From positions 1-64,000 of IMG/VR virus record IMGVR_UViG_3300042879_003566: 64,000 nucleotides of DNA, one strand, 5' to 3'. The notes beneath the pieces were generated by a model. That model made no database searches. It worked only from the letters and a program-made list of their open reading frames with translations, and had not been told where the DNA came from. Position 1 is the first letter of the stretch. Every line of letters starts with the position of its first letter. Positions 47,332 to 57,629 of the stretch are shown here, piece after piece. This DNA is from a virus. Both the position numbers and the translations under genes were made by a program.

Positions 47332-47984
47332 TGGCTAAAGACGCCAGGCTTGATCTAGGCCGTTATATTCAAAACCCTTTTAATCGACGCGGTGAAATTG
47401 GTAAGCGTCTAGATTTTGATGATCTGTTTCGGGCCAAACCTGAAACCGGTGACTATCCCTGGAACCCGTCAAGATTCAATGAACACGACCTTTTAAAGCG
47501 TTCAATGACACGTAAGGTCACCTTAAACCCTGACCTTAACTTTGTAGGTAATACCCCGTTTTTTGACGACGCCGATTCTGGGGCAGACTTCCAGGTATTT
47601 GAAGGCTTGGGTCGTTTTAACCGTCCGGAAGATTATGACTTTAATGAGGGACGTGCACGTACAACCCAACGCCCTCAAGATCAACCAGACTTTAATCCCA
47701 CCTGGATAGAAGCTTACAAAATTAGTCCAACTCTTAATCCTGGCAAGATGGCAAAAAATCCAATGCCACGCTTGCGTAATCCAGATCCCAACGGTTACCT
47801 CATGGCAATGGCTGAGAAACGTGTGGAGAGTGAGGCGGAAGATAAACCGTCAATTGCTCAGCTGTTAGATCGTCAAGGCCTTATTAAAAAAGAACAGGCC
47901 CAAGCTGAAGAACGGCAAGGTGAAAAAACCGTTGATGCAGAACAAGTAGAAACAAACGTTTCTCCTGGTAAAAGCCAAGGGTAA
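47331..47984 (+). CDS. Hypothetical protein
   Basis: 217-aa ORF coupled to its upstream neighbour. Confidence 0.6.
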   Translation: MAKDARLDLGRYIQNPFNRRGEIGKRLDFDDLFRAKPETGDYPWNPSRFNEHDLLKRSMTRKVTLNPDLNFVGNTPFFDDADSGADFQVFEGLGRFNRPEDYDFNEGRARTTQRPQDQPDFNPTWIEAYKISPTLNPGKMAKNPMPRLRNPDPNGYLMAMAEKRVESEAEDKPSIAQLLDRQGLIKKEQAQAEERQGEKTVDAEQVETNVSPGKSQG

Positions 47985-48017
47985 CCACCGATAAAATACA
48001 AATAACAAGGAGATAAC

Positions 48018-48641
48018 ATGATTCAACTTGCGGGTAGATTTCTTAATGCAGCCAGAAGTTCGCCGCAAGTTCAACGGTTTCTTGCTGGTGGCGGTAAGGA
48101 GTTAATTGGTTCCTCGGTGCCGGGTGCCGTGTTAACCGGTGGTTTATCTGCGCTGTCCACAGGAAATCCCCTCGCAGGCTTGGTGGTTGGTGCAGCCGAC
48201 CTGGTTACGAGCTCGGCACTTGCCCGTGGCCTTGGCAGCAAAACACTAGGTACTGCTTTAGAAAGAGCCGGGGCTCCAAAGGCGGCCACTGCATTGGCAG
48301 GTCGCTACGAAACCATTGTCCCGCAAGGGGGCAAAGCAGTTACTCGCTATTCGCCAAGTACACCGCAACACATTGCGATGGGCGTTGGAAGCATTGGTTC
48401 TACCTTGATGCTTGAACCGCTTTTCCATCAAGCTGGCGCCGATCAACTAGCACAACAGCCGTATGTTGCAAGTCAAACCGCAACAGCTGATCAACAAATG
48501 TTACAGCGTGATTTAGTTAATAGGCTGCACGCTCAACAGCAGTTATCACCGGGCACCATGTATCAACTCCAGGGTTTGCCTGAGCGTATGGAAACTCCTT
48601 ATGAGCTTGATCCATATATGCTCTCGGGAGGAAATATGTAA
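48018..48641 (+). CDS. Gly/Ala-rich putative internal virion protein
   Basis: AAGGAG RBS; glycine-zipper-like segments. Confidence 0.55.
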   Translation: MIQLAGRFLNAARSSPQVQRFLAGGGKELIGSSVPGAVLTGGLSALSTGNPLAGLVVGAADLVTSSALARGLGSKTLGTALERAGAPKAATALAGRYETIVPQGGKAVTRYSPSTPQHIAMGVGSIGSTLMLEPLFHQAGADQLAQQPYVASQTATADQQMLQRDLVNRLHAQQQLSPGTMYQLQGLPERMETPYELDPYMLSGGNM

Positions 48642-49609
48642 TGGCGCCGCAAGTTAAATTTGCTAATCCAACAAAACTTACGGAATTTATTGGTGCCACT
48701 GTCGGCAAAATTATTCCGCAATCGGTGAAGGCAGGTTTTGCCACGGGTGTTGAAACCATGGCAGAACAGAAGGCACTCTCTCCTTCTACCCGTTACTCGG
48801 TTTTTTCTTCCAAGTTTCCTCAGCAACTGGCAGAAAAAGGTGTGACCATTGGCCAAAAACCTGGCGAGTTTCTGGGTGCTTATGCCGCACGTGTATTAAC
48901 TGATATTGGTAGTGATTCGTCACGCCAGGTGTATTGGCGCTACAACCATCCGATGGCGCTTGCTGATCGCGCTGTAGAGCAAATTGCAGGCACAGCATAT
49001 GGTGATTTAGATCCCACGCAAAAAGCATTAGTTGGCCTAGCGGTCGGCGCTCCGGTTGCTGCTTCTCTTGGAACAATGGATCTTACAAATCCTGGCGAGT
49101 TGTTCCGCCCCAAGGGATTCTCGCAAAGCTATGCAGAAGAGGGTTCGCAAGATCGACGGGAAACAGCTCAACCAGGGCTTGAGTTTGTTGAGCGTGTCGT
49201 TCTGGGTCGTCAAGGGCGCCCCTTAAAATATGAAACGGCGCAAGAAGATATTCCTTCTTTAACGCCTGAGCGTTATGGCAGATATATGCAAAATTATTAC
49301 CAGGATCGTGGCTTAGCTGGTCTTGGCTTGGTCAAGTTCACCCCCGAAAACCTTGAGGGTTATCCCGAAGCCCGCATCGTTGGTTTCCCAGTTGGCCTCC
49401 AAGCAGTAGGCGCTGTTGCTGGTGGTGCTACCGCAATGCGTCAGGCATTAAAACAACCGGGATTATCTACTGGCGGAAAAGCTGGTATTACTTTGGCCGG
49501 CTCTTTGATCGGTGCTGCAACAGGCAATTTAATTAATAAAGCAATTGCATCATCACAAAATCATCCAGAAAAACTTCCTTCTACGTATGAATACCAGCAA
49601 AACATGTAG
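48641..49609 (+). CDS. Putative internal virion protein
   Basis: Coupled ORF with G/A-rich hydrophobic segments. Confidence 0.55.
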   Translation: MAPQVKFANPTKLTEFIGATVGKIIPQSVKAGFATGVETMAEQKALSPSTRYSVFSSKFPQQLAEKGVTIGQKPGEFLGAYAARVLTDIGSDSSRQVYWRYNHPMALADRAVEQIAGTAYGDLDPTQKALVGLAVGAPVAASLGTMDLTNPGELFRPKGFSQSYAEEGSQDRRETAQPGLEFVERVVLGRQGRPLKYETAQEDIPSLTPERYGRYMQNYYQDRGLAGLGLVKFTPENLEGYPEARIVGFPVGLQAVGAVAGGATAMRQALKQPGLSTGGKAGITLAGSLIGAATGNLINKAIASSQNHPEKLPSTYEYQQNM

Positions 49610-49648
49610 GCTGGTAAAATTAACTTATTAAAAGCAGATAACTTTAAG

Positions 49649-50458
49649 ATGGCTAACGGTATTCCGGATCCCTGGTCAACGGCGGCCCAGGCTCCTTCTA
49701 GCCCTTTGTACGCTGCCCAAGGTGCTGCCACTTCTGGCATGGGGTTCCAGGATTTACTGAACCGCTTAAAAGGTGTTGGTACAAAAGGTCTTGAAGCAGG
49801 TCGCCAGGCCGCTGGCGCCGCAACAACTCCCCTCGGCACTCGCGCAATCGGCTTGGCCGCTCCCGTTGCCGCAGGTGCAAGCAGCCTGATGCAAGGTGAA
49901 ATTGCGAAAGGCGGTGGTGAGTTGGCTGGTGGTTTACTCGGTTATAAATTGACCGGTGGCTTAGCCTCTGCTGCTCAAACAGCAATGCCTGGTATTCGCG
50001 GCAAGATCGCTGGTGCTGGCATTCGCGCTCTCGGTGGTATTCTTGGCGGTGGCATTGGTGGCGGCGTCGCCGGTGGTGCTGCGCAGGCTGCACAAGACAT
50101 CGTTGGTGGCGTTGAGCGCCGTCAGATGGGCGCTGGCGAATCCCCCACAGGCGTTATCCCTGGCATTACCTCCAAGGGAGTTGAAGGGATCACAATGAAT
50201 GATGTGCAACGGTTAATGATGCTTCAGCCCAAGATTGCTGAGCAGCTTATCCCGACATACAACCGCATGCGCGACGCTGACATGAGCCGCCAGATGCAGT
50301 TGAATCAACAGATGGGTCAACTCACGGGTGCTCTTAACCAGCAACGCTTCATGGCTGAGCTTGCCGGCGGCGCTCAATCCGAGGCTGGCGCTACCACTCG
50401 CAGCATCTTGACCGCAGCCAATCCTTATGCAGCTTCTGCATTCCAATACAGGATTTGA
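49649..50458 (+). CDS. Glycine-zipper putative internal virion protein
   Basis: GGILGGGIGGGVAGG; Q/M-rich C-terminus. Confidence 0.55.
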   Translation: MANGIPDPWSTAAQAPSSPLYAAQGAATSGMGFQDLLNRLKGVGTKGLEAGRQAAGAATTPLGTRAIGLAAPVAAGASSLMQGEIAKGGGELAGGLLGYKLTGGLASAAQTAMPGIRGKIAGAGIRALGGILGGGIGGGVAGGAAQAAQDIVGGVERRQMGAGESPTGVIPGITSKGVEGITMNDVQRLMMLQPKIAEQLIPTYNRMRDADMSRQMQLNQQMGQLTGALNQQRFMAELAGGAQSEAGATTRSILTAANPYAASAFQYRI

Positions 50459-50889
50459 TAATGGAAAGTTTTTCCCTAGCCGGCAAGTATCCATTTTTAA
50501 TGGATCCGGCTTTTCAAAAATTTTCTCCGGGTCTGCAAAAGCAAGTTTTTGCTGCTGAAACAGCAGGCAGTGAAACTAAAGCATTGACTGAGATGCTAGA
50601 TCGCTTTAGCGATCCTGCGCGGATGCGCCAACAACTTCAGCTGGCTTCTGAATTTGATGAGCGTCGCTTAAAAGAAGCTGGTAAGTACAAGCTTCTCTTC
50701 GATCTTCCCGCTCAAATTACCGCTGCTTACGCAATCCCCGGCGCAATTGAAGCACAAGGTGGGGTCAATGTTGCCAACATTATGACAAGCGCTGGGGCTA
50801 CAATTCCAAATCTTGTCGACTATCAACGCGGTTCTTATAATTACACACCAAATCGTTATTTCTAATGTGAATGACATTAGACTGTAGAC

Positions 50890-51468
50890 ATGAGTGCTCC
50901 CGATTATTCTTCTATTTTTAGCAACTCAAAGTTTAATGCTTTTACACCAGTTGCTTTTGGTGAAAAAACCGGGAATTTAAGCAAAGCAGGAGGAGGAATG
51001 GCATTTGATCCCGTTACTTTAGGTCTAGGTGCTGCCAGCATTGGCGCTAGTCTCTTTGGTGCCGGCCAAGCTCGCCAAGCGCAAGCCAGTATTGCCAATG
51101 CCCAAATGGCAGCGGCAGCTGATCAACTCAAGTGGCAGACCATGCTGGCCCGTGATACGGCCAAAGGTCAAATGGGTTCGGAAATCGGTTCTCGCGTTTT
51201 CCAAAGCACTGTTGCGCCTGATCTTGAGTTTGGTCGTCAACGGGAAGCCGCTATGTTTGCTGCTGGTCCCTTAGGTGAACGCCAGCTTGGTCTTGATGTT
51301 GAGCGTGCTCGGCGTCAATTTGGCCTAGAAGGTTCCGCTGAGGTGCGTGAAGCTAAGCAACGCGCAAATCGGGATGCCCTAAAGCAATCTTTGGCAGAAA
51401 GAGAAGCCACAATGGCTGGCATGTTTGGTCGTATTGCTCCACGTGAAGTGGGCACATTCTTTGTGTAG
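50890..51468 (+). CDS. Putative DNA pilot/ejection protein
   Basis: DPVTLGLGAASIGASLFG...AQA..ANAQ, typical of podoviral ejection proteins. Confidence 0.5.
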   Translation: MSAPDYSSIFSNSKFNAFTPVAFGEKTGNLSKAGGGMAFDPVTLGLGAASIGASLFGAGQARQAQASIANAQMAAAADQLKWQTMLARDTAKGQMGSEIGSRVFQSTVAPDLEFGRQREAAMFAAGPLGERQLGLDVERARRQFGLEGSAEVREAKQRANRDALKQSLAEREATMAGMFGRIAPREVGTFFV

Positions 51469-51478
51469 GAGTTAAATC

Positions 51479-52372
51479 ATGGGCGGCGGCGGAACCACAG
51501 TTCAATATCAATCTCCTCAGATTCCAAAGGATGACACCTTTGAGAAATATCTGGCGTATCAGCAGCAAAAAGAAACTGCTGCAGAAGAACGCGCTGCAAA
51601 AGAACGTGCAGAAGCTGCAGCTAAAGAAACGGCTCGTAAAGCTTCTGGCCAAGCCGGCTTCACTGGTCTTCGTACAGGTGTTGAACAGCAGCTGCGCCAA
51701 GGTTTAATTAGTTATTCCGATGCTACGGGTCAGCTGCGTGACTACGCCGCCAAATATGACCTGACGCCGCCTGAAACGGATATTGCTTCTTTAACCAAAA
51801 CATATACAGAAGAGTTGCTCCCTGGTCGCCGCCAGACAGGTATCTCTGCCGCATACGAAGAACTTCTTGGCCGTCAAGCTACGGAAGAAGAAAAAGGCAA
51901 GGCAATGGAGCGTTTCCAGCAGGGCTACTACAGCTCTGTCCAGGATCTGCGTGATTCTCTTTCCAAAGGTCAAGAGTATCAAGACAAATTTAATCAAAGT
52001 TATCTTGATAACTATTACGACACCATGTTTGGCAAGCAAGGTGTTGACGAGGCTGGTAAGAAAACGGGCAAGCGTACATTCACTTTTGACAAGAGTCTTC
52101 TGCCTACTTACGCAGAAACTACCAAAGATCGAGCTGGCGTCGCACTACCTTCTTTTGCCGATCAGTTCCAAGGCAGCCCTGCAGAAATTGAAGAGCAGCT
52201 TCAGAATGTACGTGAAACACGCAAGTACCTGTACAGTGCAGGTTTGACTAATCTCCAAGGAGAAATTGACAAAGAAACGCAGAAACTTAAGAATGAAGGT
52301 TCTTCTGCTGTTGCCAAGATTCAAGCGCAAGGAAATGTTTATCAACAACTTGTTGGCGCATTCAGTTTCTAA
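51479..52372 (+). CDS. Putative internal virion protein
   Basis: AGGAG RBS; MGGGG start; coiled coils. Confidence 0.55.
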   Translation: MGGGGTTVQYQSPQIPKDDTFEKYLAYQQQKETAAEERAAKERAEAAAKETARKASGQAGFTGLRTGVEQQLRQGLISYSDATGQLRDYAAKYDLTPPETDIASLTKTYTEELLPGRRQTGISAAYEELLGRQATEEEKGKAMERFQQGYYSSVQDLRDSLSKGQEYQDKFNQSYLDNYYDTMFGKQGVDEAGKKTGKRTFTFDKSLLPTYAETTKDRAGVALPSFADQFQGSPAEIEEQLQNVRETRKYLYSAGLTNLQGEIDKETQKLKNEGSSAVAKIQAQGNVYQQLVGAFSF

Positions 52373-52414
52373 AAGAATGTGCTTGATATAATTACTTTAG
52401 TTCTAAAAACGTAA

Positions 52415-52594
52415 ATGACCTACACTGCGCCCACCGGCCAAAGCGCCGCAGATGATTATTTTGACATTAATAAATTTGAGCAACTGCTTTCTCGCCTGGA
52501 ATCTTCCAAGGGTCGTCAACAACGTCAAAAGTCTACCGAAGGTCGTCGTGACATTTATGCTCAGGGCCTTGCTTCAATGATGAGCAACTTTTGA
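52415..52594 (+). CDS. 59-aa protein, tandem copy 1
   Basis: MTYTAPTGQSAADDYFDINKFEQLL...GLASMMSNF; TATAAT at 52387. Confidence 0.75.
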   Translation: MTYTAPTGQSAADDYFDINKFEQLLSRLESSKGRQQRQKSTEGRRDIYAQGLASMMSNF

Positions 52595-52614
52595 TCTTAC
52601 CTGACATTTAAGTC

Positions 52615-52794
52615 ATGACTTATACTGCCCCCACTGGCCAAAGCGCCTCCGACGATTATTTTGATATTTCCAAGTTTGAACAGCTGCTTGATCGCCTGGA
52701 ATCTTCCAAGGGTCGTCAGCAGCGTCAAAAATCTACCGAAGGCCGTCGCGATATCTTCGCTCAGGGTCTTGCTTCAATGATGAGCAACTTCTGA
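52615..52794 (+). CDS. 59-aa protein, tandem copy 2
   Basis: 55/59 aa identical to copy 1; differences mostly synonymous. Confidence 0.75.
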   Translation: MTYTAPTGQSASDDYFDISKFEQLLDRLESSKGRQQRQKSTEGRRDIFAQGLASMMSNF

Positions 52795-52819
52795 TTTTTT
52801 CTTGTAAGATTTGTAAGCC

Positions 52820-53068
52820 ATGACCAGCAGCGTTCCCGCCGGACAAGTCGATGTTGATGATTGGTTCGACTTAGACAAATACCGTCAGGCTGCTGGCGTG
52901 GCCTATGAATTTTCCAAGAAAAAGATGGAGACCGCTGGTGAACAAGAACGAGAAACCATCGGCAAAGGCGCAGAAGAGCAGCGCACATCCGCTGAGCAGT
53001 CGCAAGAATTCAAGCAGCGCGACGAAACCCGGGACTACGGCCAGGCCCAACGAGCTTATCGATATTGA
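52820..53068 (+). CDS. 82-aa protein, distant paralogue of the tandem pair
   Basis: MTSSVPAGQVDVDDWFDLDKY resembles MTYTAPTGQSAADDYFDINKF. Confidence 0.6.
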   Translation: MTSSVPAGQVDVDDWFDLDKYRQAAGVAYEFSKKKMETAGEQERETIGKGAEEQRTSAEQSQEFKQRDETRDYGQAQRAYRY

Positions 53069-53555
53069 GTTATTCGATGCGTGGGTAGATAATCTCGACG
53101 CATCAACTCAAGAATCTTTCTGTGCGTTTGCCGCAGAAAATTACTCGTTAATCGAAATTTATCTCTACTCTCGTTTCCTTGGTTACAAGGGGACTATTAC
53201 TGCGTGTGAACTCTGGGTTAAGGACAACTACAAGAAACCCGATCACCGCAAAAAACTCCTTTATGAAATCGATGAGATGCAAGAGGATGTTCGTAAGTTA
53301 CGTGAAGACGTAGAGAATGGTGTGGTCAAACGTGATGCAGGTGTTGCACGCGTTGCTTCTATGCAAAAAGAAATTAGAGGTCATATTGATCAAATTGAAA
53401 AATTCACCAATTCCAAAGACCGTAAGGGTTTGTTAATGGCCGGCGCAGATCGTGCCATTCGAGAGTTAATGTTTATTTTTAAAGATGACCCCATTGAGAT
53501 TCCCTTGGAAGAAGCAACGATGAGTGTATGGGCACGTATGCAACTTGAAGAATAA
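52905..53555 (+). CDS. Hypothetical protein, candidate terminase small subunit
   Basis: Helical/coiled-coil ORF upstream of terL; start uncertain. Confidence 0.45.
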   Translation: MNFPRKRWRPLVNKNEKPSAKAQKSSAHPLSSRKNSSSATKPGTTARPNELIDIELFDAWVDNLDASTQESFCAFAAENYSLIEIYLYSRFLGYKGTITACELWVKDNYKKPDHRKKLLYEIDEMQEDVRKLREDVENGVVKRDAGVARVASMQKEIRGHIDQIEKFTNSKDRKGLLMAGADRAIRELMFIFKDDPIEIPLEEATMSVWARMQLEE

Positions 53556-54058
53556 TTCAGTTAGGATAGGTTTAAATCAAATAATTATACCGATGGGCGC
53601 CAAACAGGTTGACATTACCGATCCTCAACAACGTCAATTAGCACGCGAAGGAATTCGCATGCGTCAAGACAGTATTCGTCGTCAAGAAACCGCTCCGCAA
53701 ACTGGCAGTGCGCCGATGGCGCCGGGAACTGAGCCGGGCAATGCGTTTGCCGGCAGGCGCCCTGGTATTGAGTTTGGTCCTGGTCGTGCCAACCGCTTCC
53801 CCGAGCCTGGCTCTCCTGAGTATCAAATGGCAATTGCTCGCATGCGTCGGGGTAAACGCTGATGGCTAAAGGTAAGATGCCCCCTCAACTTCTTGAGCAC
53901 TTTAAGAAGAAAGAAGCCAAGAAAGAAGATGGTACTGAGATGAGCGATAGCGAAAAACGCAAGGCAGCCTTGGATAAAGCGCGTAAATATAAAGAACAGA
54001 AAAAAGACAAAGAAGAAGCAAAATAAGATAGTATTCAGTTAACAACTGATTTATTCTT

Positions 54059-55585
54059 GTGCCTAGCTATACGCATCTTGCCTATCGTCGCAATGCGAAG
54101 GCTGCGGCACGCCGCCAACAGATCCGAATTCCGCGCAACGCAGAAGCACTGGAGCTTGCGCGGGAAGACTTTGCTTATTTCTGTGAGTATGTTGCAGATA
54201 AACCTCCCGCTACTCATCACAAAGAATGGCATCGGCACTTTGTTACCAACGAAGACAGCAATTGTTTAATTAAAATTGCTGGTCCCAATATTGATCTTCT
54301 TGCGCCACGAGGATCAGCTAAATCAACGGTTCTTGGCTTGCTGACTGCTTGGGCTATTGGTATTCATACACAAGCCAAGTTACCATTGCAGATCCTTTAT
54401 CTGTCGTACACGGTTGATATTGCACGTTCTAAGTCCGCAACGATTAAACGCATTATTGAAAGCAAACGCTATCAGGAAGTTTTCCCGACGGTGCGTTTGA
54501 TGAAGAACGTTACCAGTAATGAGTATTGGTCAATTGACCATAAGTTTGCTGGCATTGACACTACTGGTGACGAACAATTTACCCTCTGCGCTGCAGGCCT
54601 TAAGGGTTCGGTGACTTCTAAGCGTTCTCACCTGGTAATGATTGATGACGCTATTAAATCTGCCGCTGACATTGCCAACCCTGACATTCGGAAACAAATG
54701 CAGGAGAACTGGAACGCGGTGATTGCTCCCACCATGTTTGAAGGCGCACGTGCTATTTGCCTTGGAACTCGCTTTAGGCACGATGATATTCACGCCACTA
54801 CTTTTAACAAACAGAACAATTGGATGCAGATCGTTCTTTCTGCAATTAATACAAACCTTAAAACAGGAGAAGAAGAGTCTTATTGGCCTGAGATGTGGTC
54901 ACTAGACTACCTCAAAGAAAAGAAACGGCAAGCGCCAATTGCTTTCTCGTTTCAATATATGAATCAAATTGTCAGACAGAACGAGCTTTCCTTGGCGCCA
55001 GAACTAATTGTTAAAGCGGAAATTTCAACGGAGTTTGATACGCTCGGTATTGGTGTGGACCTTTCTGCTGGCACCAAAGAGAAGAACGATTACACCGTGA
55101 TGATCCTTGGCGGACGCATTGGCGACCGCATTCATATCATCGATTACAGGCGCATACGCGTCATGGGCAACCTGGAAAAACTGGACGCTCTTAAAGAATT
55201 GTTGAACGATTGGTCGGTGATTGGACGTGATGATAGCGGAAATTATTTTCCGACTTATTCCACATGTGATATTTGGTCAGAAGCCGTCCAATACCAAGCT
55301 TCTCTCGAAGCCGACTTCAAACGGGTTTGCCTGAATAACGAAGGTCTCTACAATTTGATTTGGCATCCAGTCAAGGGTTTCCGTGCAGACAAGCTGGCAC
55401 GTTTCCGTGGAATCATGGGTATGTTTGAAGATCGAAAGATAATCTTCAATCGTTTCCGGAACTTCACAAATCTCTTCGAGGAACTCACAAATTTCGGCGT
55501 TAGTGGTCATGATGACTGCGTTGACGCGTTGGTTTGGTTGGTTACTGGACTTGCAAGAAAAGGTCAGTTGCACATTGATTACTAA
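54059..55585 (+). CDS. terL: Terminase large subunit
   Basis: LLAPRGSAKS (Walker A); MIDD (Walker B); GTRF; GVDL; GHDDCVDAL. Confidence 0.92.
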   Translation: MPSYTHLAYRRNAKAAARRQQIRIPRNAEALELAREDFAYFCEYVADKPPATHHKEWHRHFVTNEDSNCLIKIAGPNIDLLAPRGSAKSTVLGLLTAWAIGIHTQAKLPLQILYLSYTVDIARSKSATIKRIIESKRYQEVFPTVRLMKNVTSNEYWSIDHKFAGIDTTGDEQFTLCAAGLKGSVTSKRSHLVMIDDAIKSAADIANPDIRKQMQENWNAVIAPTMFEGARAICLGTRFRHDDIHATTFNKQNNWMQIVLSAINTNLKTGEEESYWPEMWSLDYLKEKKRQAPIAFSFQYMNQIVRQNELSLAPELIVKAEISTEFDTLGIGVDLSAGTKEKNDYTVMILGGRIGDRIHIIDYRRIRVMGNLEKLDALKELLNDWSVIGRDDSGNYFPTYSTCDIWSEAVQYQASLEADFKRVCLNNEGLYNLIWHPVKGFRADKLARFRGIMGMFEDRKIIFNRFRNFTNLFEELTNFGVSGHDDCVDALVWLVTGLARKGQLHIDY

Positions 55586-55615
55586 TCCTAGAATTAGAAA
55601 AAAAGCAGTGCATTC

Positions 55616-55909
55616 GTGGGACCCGAATATGTAGCCATTGGCATCACTGCCCTTGTATCGGCGGTTACAGGCGCTACGTGGGTTGCCAATAAAATATTAG
55701 ATAGGCATCAAGAGCGGATCCAACAAGCTTTTGATTACATTGGATCTCAAAAACGAAGGATTGACATCTTGGAAGATCAAATCAACCGCATGCCTTTGGA
55801 CTATGTGCTGAAGGTTGATTTTCTCCGGGAGATCCAGGAGATGCATGATAATTTTAGACAAATCAATGACAAGCTTGATAAGCTAATGGAAAAGCTTTTG
55901 TCAAAATGA
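55616..55909 (+). CDS. Membrane-anchored coiled-coil protein
   Basis: N-terminal TM helix; ...P..YV.K.DF...I.DKLDKL. Confidence 0.6.
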   Translation: MGPEYVAIGITALVSAVTGATWVANKILDRHQERIQQAFDYIGSQKRRIDILEDQINRMPLDYVLKVDFLREIQEMHDNFRQINDKLDKLMEKLLSK

Positions 55910-56088
55910 GCTACATTCTGGAAGTAGAAGAAGACGAAAACGGAGAAAATTTTATTACTTTGCCTGACGAACTAATCGAAGAACTTGGCTGGCAAGAGGG
56001 CGATGTTCTTGATTGGGATGTTCGCGGTAACGGAATTATTTTAACCAAGGTTAACGACTCCCCTGGTTACGAAGTTATAGAAGAGTAG
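55906..56088 (+). CDS. AbrB/MazE-like DNA-binding protein
   Basis: ITLPDELIEELGWQEGDVL. Confidence 0.7.
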   Translation: MSYILEVEEDENGENFITLPDELIEELGWQEGDVLDWDVRGNGIILTKVNDSPGYEVIEE

Positions 56089-56111
56089 AATACGAAAAAA
56101 GAGATAACGAC

Positions 56112-56798
56112 ATGTTTTACGGCGGTGAATCAAACGTTCCAGGCGCTCCCGGTAATTTACTGGCAGGCGCCCCAAGCTTTGACATTCGGCGTGTACCCGG
56201 TGCGTTAGGTGGCCGCTCAGGTGAACAGCTTCGCCGTTTGTATGAAGGCGGCACCCAACAGAACGAACAGCTCAATGACGAGTTGATGCGTCGTGGCATT
56301 ATGCCCGGCAGTGGGCCGCAGCTTCCCATGGCCTTTGGCTCCAGTAATCTCCCTGGGGCTGTAGGCAACATGGGCGGTATCGCCAATGCTCAGTTCTTTG
56401 AAGGTCCTCAGCTTGGTCAAGCCTCTCCGCAAGGTGAGCCACAAAAACCTTATGGTGGCGCACCAAATATTCCTCTGACTCCAGAGCAAAAGGCTAAGCT
56501 CATGCAGCAGGGCAGTCCGCCGCCCGCTGAGTTTAACATTCAAGATTATTTACGCAAAGCGCAGGCACCTGGCAGTTTTCAAGCAGATTCTTTAGTTGCC
56601 AATGTTCCCGGCCGTTATCCGAGTGGCATGGAAGGCGCAGTAGACCTTACTTATCCAGCTGGAAGCCCTAACTATGGCAAGCCGGTGCCAAACCCTATGC
56701 AGCCCGGTCAACCCCTAGATGCAAACGCAGCAGAAATGGAAATGATTCGTCGTTTGCGTTCCGCTCCCCAAGGATTTCAAAATAAAATGGTTTACTGA
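56112..56798 (+). CDS. Pro/Gly-rich hypothetical protein
   Basis: TAGAAT -10 box at 56086; repeated SN(V/L)PGA.GN. Confidence 0.55.
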   Translation: MFYGGESNVPGAPGNLLAGAPSFDIRRVPGALGGRSGEQLRRLYEGGTQQNEQLNDELMRRGIMPGSGPQLPMAFGSSNLPGAVGNMGGIANAQFFEGPQLGQASPQGEPQKPYGGAPNIPLTPEQKAKLMQQGSPPPAEFNIQDYLRKAQAPGSFQADSLVANVPGRYPSGMEGAVDLTYPAGSPNYGKPVPNPMQPGQPLDANAAEMEMIRRLRSAPQGFQNKMVY

Positions 56799-57088
56799 TG
56801 GCACAAGACAATAGCAAATATTCCAAACCTGAGCTGCGTGAGCGGATCAAAGATCGGATTATGGCCGGCGAAAAAGGCGGCAAAGCTGGTCAATGGTCGG
56901 CACGCAAGGCTCAGCTCCTCGCCCAGGAGTACAAAGAGGCCGGTGGCGGGTATCGTGGTGGCAAAGGGGAAAAGCAAAAATCCTTAGAGAAATGGGGTAA
57001 AGAAAAGTGGATGACTAAGGACGAATACGAGAAACGGGGCAAAGCAAAAGCTGCTGCTAAAAAGTACAAAGAAACAAAGGATAAATGA
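56798..57088 (+). CDS. Basic protein, DUF5872-like (N-part)
   Basis: YSKPELRERIK...GGKAGQWSARKAQLLA.EY...GGGY. Confidence 0.6.
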   Translation: MAQDNSKYSKPELRERIKDRIMAGEKGGKAGQWSARKAQLLAQEYKEAGGGYRGGKGEKQKSLEKWGKEKWMTKDEYEKRGKAKAAAKKYKETKDK

Positions 57089-57277
57089 AACAACAACCAA
57101 TTTCAGATCTTTCAGTTAATCTTGCTGTTGATCCAAAAAGTTCAATTTCGTTTCGAGGCAACCCTCAAGAGTATCTCGCCAATTTCATTGGACGAGCCGG
57201 TAATACGCGTCCCGGAGGCATGCTGATTGGTGCGGATAAAATAATGGAAGAGATTCAAAGTAATTCCAGAAGATTCC

Positions 57278-57487
57278 GTGGCTGATAAAGCAATACAAAA
57301 AGGATATACAAAACGCTACCTTCCCGAGAAAGCGTGGGCTTCTTTGTCTAAAGAAGAAAGGCAGGAGACAGATCAAAAGAAACGAGAAGGCAGTCGCAAG
57401 GGAAAACAATTTGTTTCAAATACGGAATCCGCCAAGAAAGCGGGCAAGGCTGCTCGCGCAGCTAAACGTTACAAGGAGTCAAAATGA
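57278..57487 (+). CDS. Basic protein, DUF5872-like (C-part)
   Basis: TKRYLPEKAW..LS.EE...T..KK...GKQFV.N. Confidence 0.55.
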   Translation: MADKAIQKGYTKRYLPEKAWASLSKEERQETDQKKREGSRKGKQFVSNTESAKKAGKAARAAKRYKESK

Positions 57488-57629
57488 AAACTAAAAAACT
57501 TGTTAAGCAAGCGCTCAACCATCCCGAACTTTATTCTTCTGCCGAACTCGTATTCTTTGATAAGTGGTTGCGCCTGAAGAAGCAAGCGAAGGCTGCTAAG
57601 ATCAATAAAGATAAAAAGGCAAATAGTTG

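Noticed and set aside
52415-52794. CRISPR-like or non-coding repeat
   Set aside because: Differences are mostly at third codon positions, so this is a duplicated gene; no repeat-spacer array was seen anywhere in the window
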